Shown: one piece after another, positions 1-8,604 of the stretch
How the letters are laid out: the number at the start of each line of letters is the position of its first letter
Position numbering within the stretch: position 1 is the stretch's first letter
Origin: a bacterium
Lineage (GTDB): Bacteria; Patescibacteriota; Minisyncoccia; Phycocordibacterales; Phycocordibacteraceae
DNA: 64,000 nucleotides
NCBI GenBank assembly: GCA_037200965.1
Contig: JBBCGK010000001.1
Span: 704,001 to 768,000 of the forward strand
Direction: 5' to 3'
Translations under genes and position numbers: made by a program
The notes under the pieces: model-generated
Database searches by the model: none
What the model was told of the DNA's origin: nothing
What the model saw: only the letters and a program-made list of their open reading frames with translations

Positions 1-139
1 GCTTCGTGTTCGGAATTTGTAGTTCTCCCGCGCGCATCGCGTCGATGTCCGCCGCGATAGCTCCCTGTTCTCCGGCGGCAAGCCCTTCGACATACGTTCT
101 TGCGGCTTCGAGAAAGTACACGTCGTACCGGTCGCTCAT
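1..139 (-). CDS. hypothetical protein, 5'-partial in window (N-terminus MSDRYDVYFLEAARTYVEGLAAGEQGAIAADIDAMRAGELQIPNTK...; possible RelE/HigB-like toxin fold)
   Basis: ATG at 139..137 on the minus strand. The frame stays open to the window edge. It sits divergently to the oxidoreductase gene. The toxin-like call is only a weak resemblance. Confidence 0.3.
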   Translation of the reverse strand, partial: MSDRYDVYFLEAARTYVEGLAAGEQGAIAADIDAMRAGELQIPNTK

Positions 140-247
140 ACGGAACGATTATCTTATAACGGCCTTCGGCAGCCAAGACAAATATAGCAGACTTGCTATA
201 GTCCCGTCAACCTTGGGGATAGCGGAAAAGAGGCTACCATATTCCGT

Positions 248-1396
248 ATGGAAGGCGTTTCATACTGGCTCGACCGGCCCTATAGCCCGCGACCCGCGCT
301 GTCTTCGGATACCCAGGCCGATGTCGTCGTTATCGGCGGCGGCATCACGGGCGTCTCCGCCGCGTATCACGCGGTTGAGAACGGCTTCAAGACGATTCTC
401 GTCGAGAAGGATGCAATCGCGTCGGGTTCCGCGGGGAAGAACGGCGGGATGGTGGTCGGAGAGCTGCACCTCGATCTCTGCGAGCTGGCGGATGCCTTTG
501 GTGAGCCGGAAGCCGTCGAGCTGTGGAAAGCCGCCCGCGGCACCCGCGACTATGTCTTCTCGCTCGTGCGGAAGCACCGTATCGACTGCGACCTGGAACA
601 ACCCGGGACCCTGTATCTCGGGATAGCTGCCGATAGCCGGAAGAAGTTAGAGCGCGAGCATGCGTACAGGACGCGAAACGGCTTCGACTGTGCGCTTGAA
701 GAACCCGGTACGCAGTTCAAAGAAAGCGCGATCGGCGAGGTCCTGTATATCCCGGAAGAGGGGACGCTCCATCCGGTGAAGTTCGTTCGGGGACTTGCGG
801 ATATCGCGGAAGCGCGGGGGCTTCGTATCTTTGAAGGCACGCCCGCGCTCCGTTATGACGCGCATTCCGTCGCGACGCCCCGCGGCACGATCAGCGCGGG
901 CAAAGTGATTCTCGCCACCGAAAGCGCGCTTCCCGATCTCCGGAAGGAAGAGGGACGGATTATCCGTGAGATAGCGCTCGTGACGGAGCCGCTCTCCGAA
1001 GAGGCGACAGTCCGGATGGACGTGAAGCGCAGGGCGATGTTCTGGGGAACGGACGACGAGATAAACGGCAGGTGGATCGGAGACAGATTGTTCCTCAACG
1101 GGGATACGGCGCTCGAGCCTTCGGCGGATGATTTCGAGCGCGATAAGCGGAAGATACTCGATACGTTTCTCGGATATTTCCCGCAACTCGACAGGAGCGA
1201 GCTTCGCTTCTCGCACGAATGGAGCGGCCTGCTGCTCTATCCGGCCCACTATCACCCGCTCATCCTCGAGCATAATGGCTATTACAAAGTCTTCGGACAG
1301 AACGGCAATGGCCTCACAAACGGCATCATGACCGGAAAAATGATCGCGGACTCGTTCCTCGGGAAGGAGATTCCGGAGGTATACCGGACGCTATAA
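248..1396 (+). CDS. FAD-dependent oxidoreductase (DadA/glycine-oxidase-like)
   Basis: N-terminal dinucleotide-binding motif VVVIGGGITGVSAAYHAVENGFKTILVEKD. Length 382 aa. High GC3 usage. Confidence 0.8.
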   Translation: MEGVSYWLDRPYSPRPALSSDTQADVVVIGGGITGVSAAYHAVENGFKTILVEKDAIASGSAGKNGGMVVGELHLDLCELADAFGEPEAVELWKAARGTRDYVFSLVRKHRIDCDLEQPGTLYLGIAADSRKKLEREHAYRTRNGFDCALEEPGTQFKESAIGEVLYIPEEGTLHPVKFVRGLADIAEARGLRIFEGTPALRYDAHSVATPRGTISAGKVILATESALPDLRKEEGRIIREIALVTEPLSEEATVRMDVKRRAMFWGTDDEINGRWIGDRLFLNGDTALEPSADDFERDKRKILDTFLGYFPQLDRSELRFSHEWSGLLLYPAHYHPLILEHNGYYKVFGQNGNGLTNGIMTGKMIADSFLGKEIPEVYRTL

Positions 1397-1430
1397 ACGG
1401 GAGACTTATTGCCAGGGTATACTTTCAGCC

Positions 1431-2648
1431 ATGGCTAGCCGGAAAACCAAAGTATTCATTTCCATGCCCTTCACTGGCAAGACGTTTGAGAATTTAAGCA
1501 GGGAGCGCGAGGATTTGCATGCGCTTGCGGCAACCTATGATTTGGAACTTCCGGAGCAGTTCATCGGGTATCAATTCGCAGAAGACTTTAAGACCAAGGA
1601 CTACGATCCGTCATTTGTTCTCGCCAAAGATAAAAAGTACATAAAAGAATCCGATATTGTTGTAGCCGATTTCTCGTCTCCTTCTATCGGCACCGATTGC
1701 GAAACTACTATCGCAAAGGAACTCTATGACAAAAAGATTATCGGCATCGTTCCGGACGTGAATAAGCGGAAGCACGCATGGCTACGCTTTTATTGCGACG
1801 ACTTCGTATCTTCGGTCGAGGAGGCGTTCGAGCTCATACGGGCGAAATACGCGAACCATAATCATCCGGAGCATGTCGACAAGCGCCAGTACGACTCTAT
1901 TGCCGTCGAGTACCAGCTTGTCGAAGCCACGCCTATCCAGAAGTACGTGTACGACCCGAACGCGCGGGAGCTTCTCGGGGAATACGGCACCGGCAAGAAA
2001 GTCGCCGTGTTCCATTGCGCGAGCGGGCATCGGGCGCGTATAGCCAAAGAAGCGGGCGCGAAGGAGGTTATCGGGATCGATACTTCCTTTAGGCAGATAA
2101 GTCTCGCTCGTGAGATAGAGCTTTCTAAGCCGCAGGGCATTGAATATCGGGTCCTGAATGCTTATTCGAAGGATTTCCCCGATGAATTTCCAAAGGAATA
2201 TAATGGAAGTCTTGACGTCGTACTCGGGTTTTTCCTCATAGATCACGCGCAGACGGAAACAGAGCTCCAAAAGCTTGCGGAAAACGTTTACTCGAGCCTT
2301 GCGCCCGGAGGAGTGTTTATAGCCATGCTCGACGACTCGGAGGCGCGTACCCCGACTGACCCGAAGTACGGTGTCGCGATAGAGCCTTTAGAAGGGAAGG
2401 GGGATGCGAGCCAGCGCCGCATAGTCATCTATCAGAACATGAAGGACGGCGAGGATCGGGCCGTACTCCATTTCTTCAATTTCGAATGGACACGAGCCAC
2501 GGTACAGAGGGTATTTTCCGAAGCCGGGTTCGCTGCCGAATTCAAGGACCCGTTCGTGGCACCGGAAGGGAAAGAGCGTCTGGGGGAGGACTTCTGGAGG
2601 AAATACGAGGAAGATCCGGACAACGTGCTGTTTATCTGCAGGAAATAA
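1431..2648 (+). CDS. two-domain protein: N-terminal DUF4062 / nucleoside 2-deoxyribosyltransferase-like (TIR/SLOG-fold) domain fused to a class I SAM-dependent methyltransferase
   Basis: The N-terminus KVFISMPFTGKTFENLSREREDL matches the DUF4062 signature (VFISSTFxDLxEER). A GTDCE stretch resembles the NDT catalytic Glu region. The C-terminal half carries a Rossmann MTase motif (KKVAVFHCASGHRARIAKEAGAKEVIGIDTS). Confidence 0.55.
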   Translation: MASRKTKVFISMPFTGKTFENLSREREDLHALAATYDLELPEQFIGYQFAEDFKTKDYDPSFVLAKDKKYIKESDIVVADFSSPSIGTDCETTIAKELYDKKIIGIVPDVNKRKHAWLRFYCDDFVSSVEEAFELIRAKYANHNHPEHVDKRQYDSIAVEYQLVEATPIQKYVYDPNARELLGEYGTGKKVAVFHCASGHRARIAKEAGAKEVIGIDTSFRQISLAREIELSKPQGIEYRVLNAYSKDFPDEFPKEYNGSLDVVLGFFLIDHAQTETELQKLAENVYSSLAPGGVFIAMLDDSEARTPTDPKYGVAIEPLEGKGDASQRRIVIYQNMKDGEDRAVLHFFNFEWTRATVQRVFSEAGFAAEFKDPFVAPEGKERLGEDFWRKYEEDPDNVLFICRK

Positions 2649-2684
2649 TTTCTTCGAGCAGGATTTGAAGTTCTTAAGACAGAT

Positions 2685-3191
2685 TTACTTCAAAATAAAT
2701 TCCTCCCGCAACAGCGCATAGCCGACAGCATCGACGTATTCTCCCGTCTCGCGGTTTTCCCATTCCTTCTTGTGTCGCGCTTCCTGTCGGAAGCCGAGGG
2801 ACTCGAATACTTTTCGCATAGCGGCGTTATCCTCCCTGGTCGTCGCGTATATCCTGCGGATTTTATCGTAGCGGCCGAAGATGTAGGCAATGCCTTCTTT
2901 AAGCAGCTTCGTTCCGACTCCTTTCCCGCGCGCGTCTTTGTCTACGCAGAGAGTAAACGAAGGCGCGTCGCTGCCGGAGTTCTTTATGTTATCGAAATGG
3001 ATGAATCCGAGCAGCTTGCTTTCGTCGTAGCATACGAGCGTCTGAGCCGTCTCGCTTGAGAAATAATTCTCATCCCGGATTGCAAGGCCCCGTTCGTCGA
3101 TTATCGGATCCAGAAAATACTCCCAGCGATTCGAAGTCAGGAGATGATGAATGGCAGGAAGATCTCCGGGTCTGAAAAGATGTATTTCCAT
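2685..3191 (-). CDS. GNAT family N-acetyltransferase
   Basis: Acetyl-CoA binding motif RGKGVGTKLLKEGIAYIF. Length 168 aa. Confidence 0.8.
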   Translation of the reverse strand: MEIHLFRPGDLPAIHHLLTSNRWEYFLDPIIDERGLAIRDENYFSSETAQTLVCYDESKLLGFIHFDNIKNSGSDAPSFTLCVDKDARGKGVGTKLLKEGIAYIFGRYDKIRRIYATTREDNAAMRKVFESLGFRQEARHKKEWENRETGEYVDAVGYALLREEFILK

Positions 3192-3364
3192 GGAATAAAT
3201 AGTACCACTTCCCGCTTCTAGAAAGCGCTACGCTTTTCTCCCTCGACGATCATTACACTTCTTGTCCATCGTGGACTCTTGGTGGGGAAGGCGTGAATAA
3301 AAACCAATCCCCCTCCTTAAGTGAGAGAGCTTTTCCTAATCTAAAGGCGAGATATACTAGACGC

Positions 3365-3820
3365 ATGACAACGCAACAGTATTCAATCCGCATCAACGCG
3401 CCGAAGGAAAAGGTTTGGAACACAATGCTCGGTCAGGACACGTATCGGGAATGGACGAGCGCCTTTAACGAAGGCGGACGTTTTGAGGGCAGCTGGGACC
3501 AGGGTTCCAAGATTCTTTTCCTTGGACCGGATCCTCTGACCGGAAAGGAGGGGGGTATGGTTTCCCGCATCAGGGAGAACAGACCGTATGAGTTCATCTC
3601 TATCGAGCACCTCGGTATTATGAAAGACGGTGTCGAAGATACGACGAGCGAAGAGGCAAAAAAGTGGGCTCCTGCATACGAAAACTATACTTTCACCGAA
3701 AAGGACGGTGTCACCGAAGTGTCCGTAGATATCGACATCGCTGAGGAGTTTGCCGATATGTTTAAAGAGGCGTGGCCGAAGGGTCTTGCAAAGCTTAAAG
3801 AAATCTCCGAAAAGCCCTAG
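3365..3820 (+). CDS. SRPBCC-superfamily protein (AHSA1/Activator-of-Hsp90-ATPase-like)
   Basis: MTTQQYSIRINAPKEKVWNTML...EW is the typical SRPBCC N-terminus. I placed the start at the internal ATG (3365) rather than the ORF-track start 3293, because 3293-3364 is AT-rich and promoter-like. Confidence 0.55.
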   Translation: MTTQQYSIRINAPKEKVWNTMLGQDTYREWTSAFNEGGRFEGSWDQGSKILFLGPDPLTGKEGGMVSRIRENRPYEFISIEHLGIMKDGVEDTTSEEAKKWAPAYENYTFTEKDGVTEVSVDIDIAEEFADMFKEAWPKGLAKLKEISEKP

Positions 3821-3837
3821 GTATGTATCTCTAAAAG

Positions 3838-3868
3838 AAAACAGCCCGCTTAGGTGGGCTGTTTTCTA
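3838..3868 (+). terminator. rho-independent terminator hairpin (CAGCCC-N8-GGGCTG then TTTTCT)
   Basis: GC stem followed by a T-run directly after the stop of the 3365..3820 CDS. Confidence 0.5.
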
Positions 3869-3880
3869 TCTAGCGGGATT

Positions 3881-4022
3881 GGTTATCCCAGGGTTAGAAC
3901 CTCGCTGATGCAAAGAAACTTCTATATTTCCTAAGTGGTAGGCATAATGAGTACACAAAAGCCAATACGTGCCTACAGGGTACCCAGAATTAGGTCGAGA
4001 GGTTAAAACCTCCTCCTACAGA
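3881..4022. repeat. intergenic repeat element, copy 1 (~80% identical to 6790..6990)
   Basis: Shared blocks with copy 2: tagcggg...gttagaacctcgctgat...tatatttcct...aaaagccaatacgtgcctacagggtacccagaattagg...gaggttaaaacctcc. Confidence 0.5.
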
Positions 4023-5309
4023 TTAGGATGCAATTACCTTGTAGATTCGGTTATCAGCCACTGTGTCCGTGTTCTCTAGGTCAACCATTTCAAATACATA
4101 GCCATACTCCTTGAGTGAGTCTTCGAGCAGTGCCAGCGCGTCTTTGTCCTTATTTGAGAAACCGATATAGACCACGCCGTTTGGCGCAAGATATTCCTTT
4201 GTATTCTTAAGAAACTTAACCAGTACGCTATCTTCGTTACTCTGCGTCTTGAATGCATGGGCAAGGCTTGTATCCGTCTTCTTAACCTTCTCATTATGGA
4301 AGGGCGGATTGAAGAAGATGATATCGAAGTGATTTTTATAGATTGAAGGTATTTTTTCGAATAGATTGCTCTCGAAAGCCACCCCCTTATCTTTTTGAGG
4401 AGAATTCTCAAGGTTGTATTTAGCGTTCTGAACGGCAGTTGAATTGATATCGCTCATCACCACTTCTTTTGCGCCTACATCAAGCGCCACGAGGCCCATC
4501 GCTCCATGACCACATGCAATATCGAGAACTTTCTTATCCTTCGATACTCCACGAACAAGCTTCGCGAACAGTTTTGAGGAACGGAATCGATTAGAAGGAT
4601 AGACGCCAGGGAAGACGGTCATTACGAGCTTCTCGAACAGGATTTTATAGTTGCTCGTGTTTTTGAGTACATGCTTATAGATCTCATTCGAGGTGAGAGC
4701 CGGATAGTATATCGGCGGGTAATAGTTTTTCTTTACAAGAGCGTCGAGGTACTTCAGCACGATGGAAGCCGCTTCCTCGCCATCCTTTGCATAGAAGAGG
4801 GGAGTGGAATCAGGATGCATCAAGCCTTCTGCGGCGAATGAGTCTATAAGCGCCTTGTATCGAGTGAAGTAATCACCCACAAGAACAATAGGCTTATTGA
4901 TTTCTCCAAGAATATTCAATATATGGATCTCTAGAATTTCGTGGAATGTACCTACTGCTCCCGGTAGCGCGATGAATGCATCCCCAAGCTCGATAAGTCT
5001 GCGCTGGCGCTCGTAGTGATCCGCATATCCTTCATAATCGGAGAAATAGGGACTTGGCTTAGAATCGCGATTTCCAAGGGCAACGCCAAACAGGTTGCCG
5101 CCTGCTTCCACCGTAGCCTTTGCTACCACGTCCATGAGGCCAGAAGGGCGTCCGCCGTTATTAATGCCGTATCCAGCCTCGCTTATAAGCCGAGCCACGG
5201 CCTTGGCGTCATGAAGATAAGACTCGTTCGTAGTTTCCATGCCGCTGGAGAATATGGTCACGCGAGGCGTATATCCCGCCTCGGTTTTCTTGCTCGGCAT
5301 ATTTGTCAT
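4023..5309 (-). CDS. two-domain protein: N-terminal LOG-family (lysine-decarboxylase-like / SLOG fold) domain fused to a small SAM methyltransferase (MTS, NPPFH-type amino-MTase)
   Basis: LOG motifs GGRPSGLMDVV (GGxxGLM) and LPGAVGTFHEILE (PGGxGTxxE). C-terminal MTase motif I LDIACGHGAMG and motif IV FDIIFFNPPFHNE, which is RsmC/HemK-like. Confidence 0.65.
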   Translation of the reverse strand: MTNMPSKKTEAGYTPRVTIFSSGMETTNESYLHDAKAVARLISEAGYGINNGGRPSGLMDVVAKATVEAGGNLFGVALGNRDSKPSPYFSDYEGYADHYERQRRLIELGDAFIALPGAVGTFHEILEIHILNILGEINKPIVLVGDYFTRYKALIDSFAAEGLMHPDSTPLFYAKDGEEAASIVLKYLDALVKKNYYPPIYYPALTSNEIYKHVLKNTSNYKILFEKLVMTVFPGVYPSNRFRSSKLFAKLVRGVSKDKKVLDIACGHGAMGLVALDVGAKEVVMSDINSTAVQNAKYNLENSPQKDKGVAFESNLFEKIPSIYKNHFDIIFFNPPFHNEKVKKTDTSLAHAFKTQSNEDSVLVKFLKNTKEYLAPNGVVYIGFSNKDKDALALLEDSLKEYGYVFEMVDLENTDTVADNRIYKVIAS

Positions 5310-5397
5310 ATGCGAGAAGTATTGTATAAATGCTATTCACTGTCAAGTGATGTCAGACAGTACTTGACAACAAGTCAGGCAGGAATATACTGACCAT

Positions 5398-6159
5398 ATG
5401 GAACTCAACAAATCCCTTGAAGCTTTGGGCTTCTCATCAAAGGAGATTCAGGTTTATTTGGCGGTGATAAAGCTCGGTAAGACTACTCCAGCCGAAGTGG
5501 CGAAGATTACGAAAATCGGCCGCCCCACGGTCTATAATCTTGTTAAGAGTCTTATATCGAAGGGTGTGATAGCGGAGGATAAGGCCGATGCTGTGCTGCA
5601 CATCGTCGCACTGCCTCCCGAAGGCCTCCGAGCTACTATCGAACGGTCCAAGGTCGAGCTTTCAAAGAAAGAAGAACTTGTTGATGCGGCTATCGAAGAG
5701 CTTGGACTCATCCACTCAGGCGAGACCTATCCGGTGCCGCGCCTCCGTTTCGTGGAGGAGAACGAGCTACACGATTACCTTTTTCAGAATGCGGTTAAGT
5801 GGAATGAAAGCGTCCTCTCTAAGGACGGAATCTGGTACGGCTTCCAAGACCATAGTTTCGTAGAGAATTATGGAGATTGGATTGATTGGACGGTAAAGAA
5901 ACTCAAGGGAACGAAGTACAAGGTTCAACTATTCAGCAACGCTTCGAAAATTGAGGAACAGTTAGAAGGGAAGATCCCAGAGCGCTCAATCAAGTTCCTA
6001 AAGAGCTCTCGCTTTACGGCAACTACCTGGGTGGTAGGGGATTACCTCGTGATGATCTCAACCTCGAAGGCCCCGTTCTATTTGGTGGAGATTCACGATG
6101 CTCTTATGGCAGAGAATATGCGCGAAGTGTTTAAGAATATGTGGGAGATAAATAAATAA
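5398..6159 (+). CDS. TrmB-family HTH transcriptional regulator
   Basis: N-terminal winged-helix EIQVYLAVIKLGKTTPAEVAKITKIGRPTVYNLVKSLISKGVI. Length 253 aa, typical of TrmB. Confidence 0.6.
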   Translation: MELNKSLEALGFSSKEIQVYLAVIKLGKTTPAEVAKITKIGRPTVYNLVKSLISKGVIAEDKADAVLHIVALPPEGLRATIERSKVELSKKEELVDAAIEELGLIHSGETYPVPRLRFVEENELHDYLFQNAVKWNESVLSKDGIWYGFQDHSFVENYGDWIDWTVKKLKGTKYKVQLFSNASKIEEQLEGKIPERSIKFLKSSRFTATTWVVGDYLVMISTSKAPFYLVEIHDALMAENMREVFKNMWEINK

Positions 6160-6164
6160 GAATT

Positions 6165-6725
6165 ATGGATCGATACCTTGATCAGTGGGCGCGAATTAAC
6201 CGCTGGCATAGAAAAGTCAATACTTTTTATGAAGGAGAGAGAAGTGTTCTTGAGGATAATGAAAGATTGGATATGGTCCGAACTTTTTTCATAGAATGCT
6301 TTCATTTAAAGGATTGGATCAAAGCTGACTTTCCGAATCTTTCAGTAGCTACCGAAAGAATATTTGATCGAGTAGAAGGCGAGGAATGTTTCAAAATTTG
6401 TGCAGACCTAGCGAATGCATCGAAACACGTGGATCTTAATAAGGCAGTCAGAAAAGATAAAGAAACTAAAATCGGTACTCAAGGAATTACAATCATGGTT
6501 GATCCTATTAAATGGGATTCAGACCCGAAGGATTATTTGCCGCCCGTGTGTAAATACCGATGGGACATCATAGCGTCAAGGAAGAAGTTTGATGTAAAAG
6601 AGCTAGCCGATGAGTGTATTGAGAGTTGGAAGAAGTTTATGCGCAAGAATGGACTATCTATAGAGATTGTTGCTCGATTGTCCATTCCAATAGATGGAAC
6701 ATCTTTTGATGCCAAAGCGTCTTAG
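6165..6725 (+). CDS. hypothetical protein
   Basis: 186-aa ORF starting 6 nt after the TrmB-like gene in an AT-rich island. No motif recognised. Confidence 0.45.
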   Translation: MDRYLDQWARINRWHRKVNTFYEGERSVLEDNERLDMVRTFFIECFHLKDWIKADFPNLSVATERIFDRVEGEECFKICADLANASKHVDLNKAVRKDKETKIGTQGITIMVDPIKWDSDPKDYLPPVCKYRWDIIASRKKFDVKELADECIESWKKFMRKNGLSIEIVARLSIPIDGTSFDAKAS

Positions 6726-6789
6726 TACCGAAAGTAACAGTGATACTCCAGTCGTTTAAGAGATTACGGGAGAGGTGGAGGAAAGTTCC

Positions 6790-6990
6790 TAGCGGGTGCT
6801 TTTATGAAACTAGGTGGAATTGGATATCCGAGATAAGAACCTCGCTGATACTAAACAGCTCCTCATATTTCCTTCGTGTAGTGGATGACTGGGTATCAAA
6901 ATGAGCATACAAAAGCCAATACGTGCTTATAGGGTGCCCAAAACTAGGCGGAGGGGTTAGAACCTCCCATATTTTGGTAGTATTATCTAC
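6790..6990. repeat. intergenic repeat element, copy 2 (see 3881..4022)
   Basis: ~80% identity to copy 1 over ~150 nt. Ends in the hairpin-capable GGAGGGGTTAGAACCTCCC. A third short fragment (gttagaaccccc) lies at ~8078-8095. Confidence 0.5.
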
Positions 6991-7497
6991 ATGAAGATCG
7001 AATGGCTCGGAAAACGAATAGCAGTGGTTGGAGTAAGCGCATCAGGAAAATCAACTTTTGCGCGCAGACTTGCTACTAAGACTGGTCTGCCCCTGACGCA
7101 CATTGATGCCGTGATGTGGAAGCCGGGATGGGATTATATTGGCGATGAAGAAACAGTCCGCCAGCTCAAAGAAATCAGCAAGCAGGATGAATGGATCATC
7201 GAAGGATTCATCGATAAGAATGCTCTCGAAGCAGTTCTGACTCGTGCCGAATCAATAATCTATCTCGACTATCCGCGATACATACCTGCGTGGAGATACA
7301 TAAAACGATGGTTTAAGCATCGAAAGAATCCGCGCCCAGAATTGGAGGGCAGTCCAGAGAAATTCAGCTTTGAATTTCTGAAGCGGGTATGGGATAAGAA
7401 GGAAGTCTATCGGCTAAACGAATTTATTAAGAAAATGCCTGATACAAGCAAGATTCTGAGGCTCAAGTTGCCGAAGGAAGCAAATACTTTTCTATGA
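6991..7497 (+). CDS. P-loop NTPase, adenylate-kinase-like 'DNA topology modulation protein' (FlaR-like) family
   Basis: Walker A GVSASGKST near the N-terminus. Size 168 aa. Confidence 0.55.
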   Translation: MKIEWLGKRIAVVGVSASGKSTFARRLATKTGLPLTHIDAVMWKPGWDYIGDEETVRQLKEISKQDEWIIEGFIDKNALEAVLTRAESIIYLDYPRYIPAWRYIKRWFKHRKNPRPELEGSPEKFSFEFLKRVWDKKEVYRLNEFIKKMPDTSKILRLKLPKEANTFL

Positions 7498-7509
7498 GAG
7501 TAGTTACAT

Positions 7510-8028
7510 ATGGCTAGACTTATTATTCTCAATGGACCTCCTGGTGTAGGCAAATCTACGATTGCTGCACGTCTGCATAAGGATATTTCAAATTCGATAC
7601 TTCTGGATATAGATGAGATTCGTCGCTCCATTCCAAATTATAAAGAGCAACGTAAGGAAAGTCTGATTCTGGCGTATCAGGAGGCAATGCGGACCATAGA
7701 AGACTGTTTAGCTAAAGATCAGACCGTTATTATAGATAAGGTTGTTTCGGACTCAGATACACTCGATTCTTTTGTTGAGGCAGGGAATAAACAGGGTGTC
7801 GTAATAAATGAGATTCTCCTATTTGCAGACAAGGAATCAGTACAGAAGCGAGCAGACGAGCGTGGTTACAAACCAGGAAGTTTACTTACCCGTGAGCGAG
7901 TAGGAGACATGTGGGATCAAGTGAGTGTACTCAGAAGAAGTAGGAATAACGCTGTTGTTATGGATACGACTCATTTAAATCTTGAAGAAGTGTACAAAAA
8001 TGTAAGAGGAATAATCGGGCAAGTATAA
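7510..8028 (+). CDS. P-loop kinase-like ATPase (AAA_33 / zeta-toxin / shikimate-kinase-like)
   Basis: Walker A NGPPGVGKST. Length 172 aa. Tandem to the previous kinase-like gene. Confidence 0.5.
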   Translation: MARLIILNGPPGVGKSTIAARLHKDISNSILLDIDEIRRSIPNYKEQRKESLILAYQEAMRTIEDCLAKDQTVIIDKVVSDSDTLDSFVEAGNKQGVVINEILLFADKESVQKRADERGYKPGSLLTRERVGDMWDQVSVLRRSRNNAVVMDTTHLNLEEVYKNVRGIIGQV

Positions 8029-8153
8029 CCCGCCGGTAGGGGTGGAAGAGAAGTCCGGAATTTCTGAGAAGTTTCTGCAGAAAGTTAGAACCCCCAATCT
8101 GTTAAGACGCGCCAACACGAATGGTTACTTAACTCGGCCTTTCGTGAAATGAT

Positions 8154-8566
8154 GTGGAGGTGGGGAGGTTGAACTCCCGTCCGACCTGCGCTTGAGAGCG
8201 AGTCTACGGCGCGTAGTTCCGATTAGGGTTTAAGAGAGGATGCGAGGAAACGGAACGAAACCATTCCCCTCCGATCCCGTTATCTAAGCCGCGGGCCGGG
8301 AGAGCCGCGAACCGATCGCACAGAAGATTCCGCCCGCTGGCCCGGCTGTGCGCACCCGGGACCAGGGACGTCGCTTAGGCGAGGTGAGCCGAAGCTCGAA
8401 CCTTATGCGTAAGCGAACGCGAAGTTCCCTGCGGTAAAGTAAGGAGACTTCACGCCTACAACAGTTTTGTTTGCAGGTAGAGTTTCCCGCCAGATTAAAG
8501 TGATGGGCGGGAGTGCACTGCGCCGCACGTCTCTCAAGGTACAGGCCGTCAAAGCCGGTCACCCCC
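8154..8566 (-). ncRNA. ssrA: tmRNA (ssrA), one-piece
   Basis: The minus-strand 5' end GGGGGUGACCGGCUUUGACGG matches the tmRNA 5' consensus (GGGGCUGAUUCUGGAUUCGACGG). The 3' end GGACGGGAGUUCAACCUCCCCACCUCCA is a tRNA-Ala-like T-arm plus acceptor. There is an internal ORF ending ...AGNFAFAYA-UAA. The gene sits adjacent to smpB. Confidence 0.7.
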
Positions 8567-8604
8567 GGGGAAGGAGAGACTCGAGTGTCTCGCGCTCTCC
8601 GGGA

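Noticed and set aside
8040-8153. Possible RNase P RNA / other ncRNA between the kinase gene and ssrA (contains GAAGTCCGGAAT).
   Set aside because: The resemblance to the RNase P P4 region (GGAAAGTCCGGGC) is too partial and other conserved blocks are absent. More likely it is island-ssrA junction sequence carrying a fragment of the GTTAGAACC repeat.
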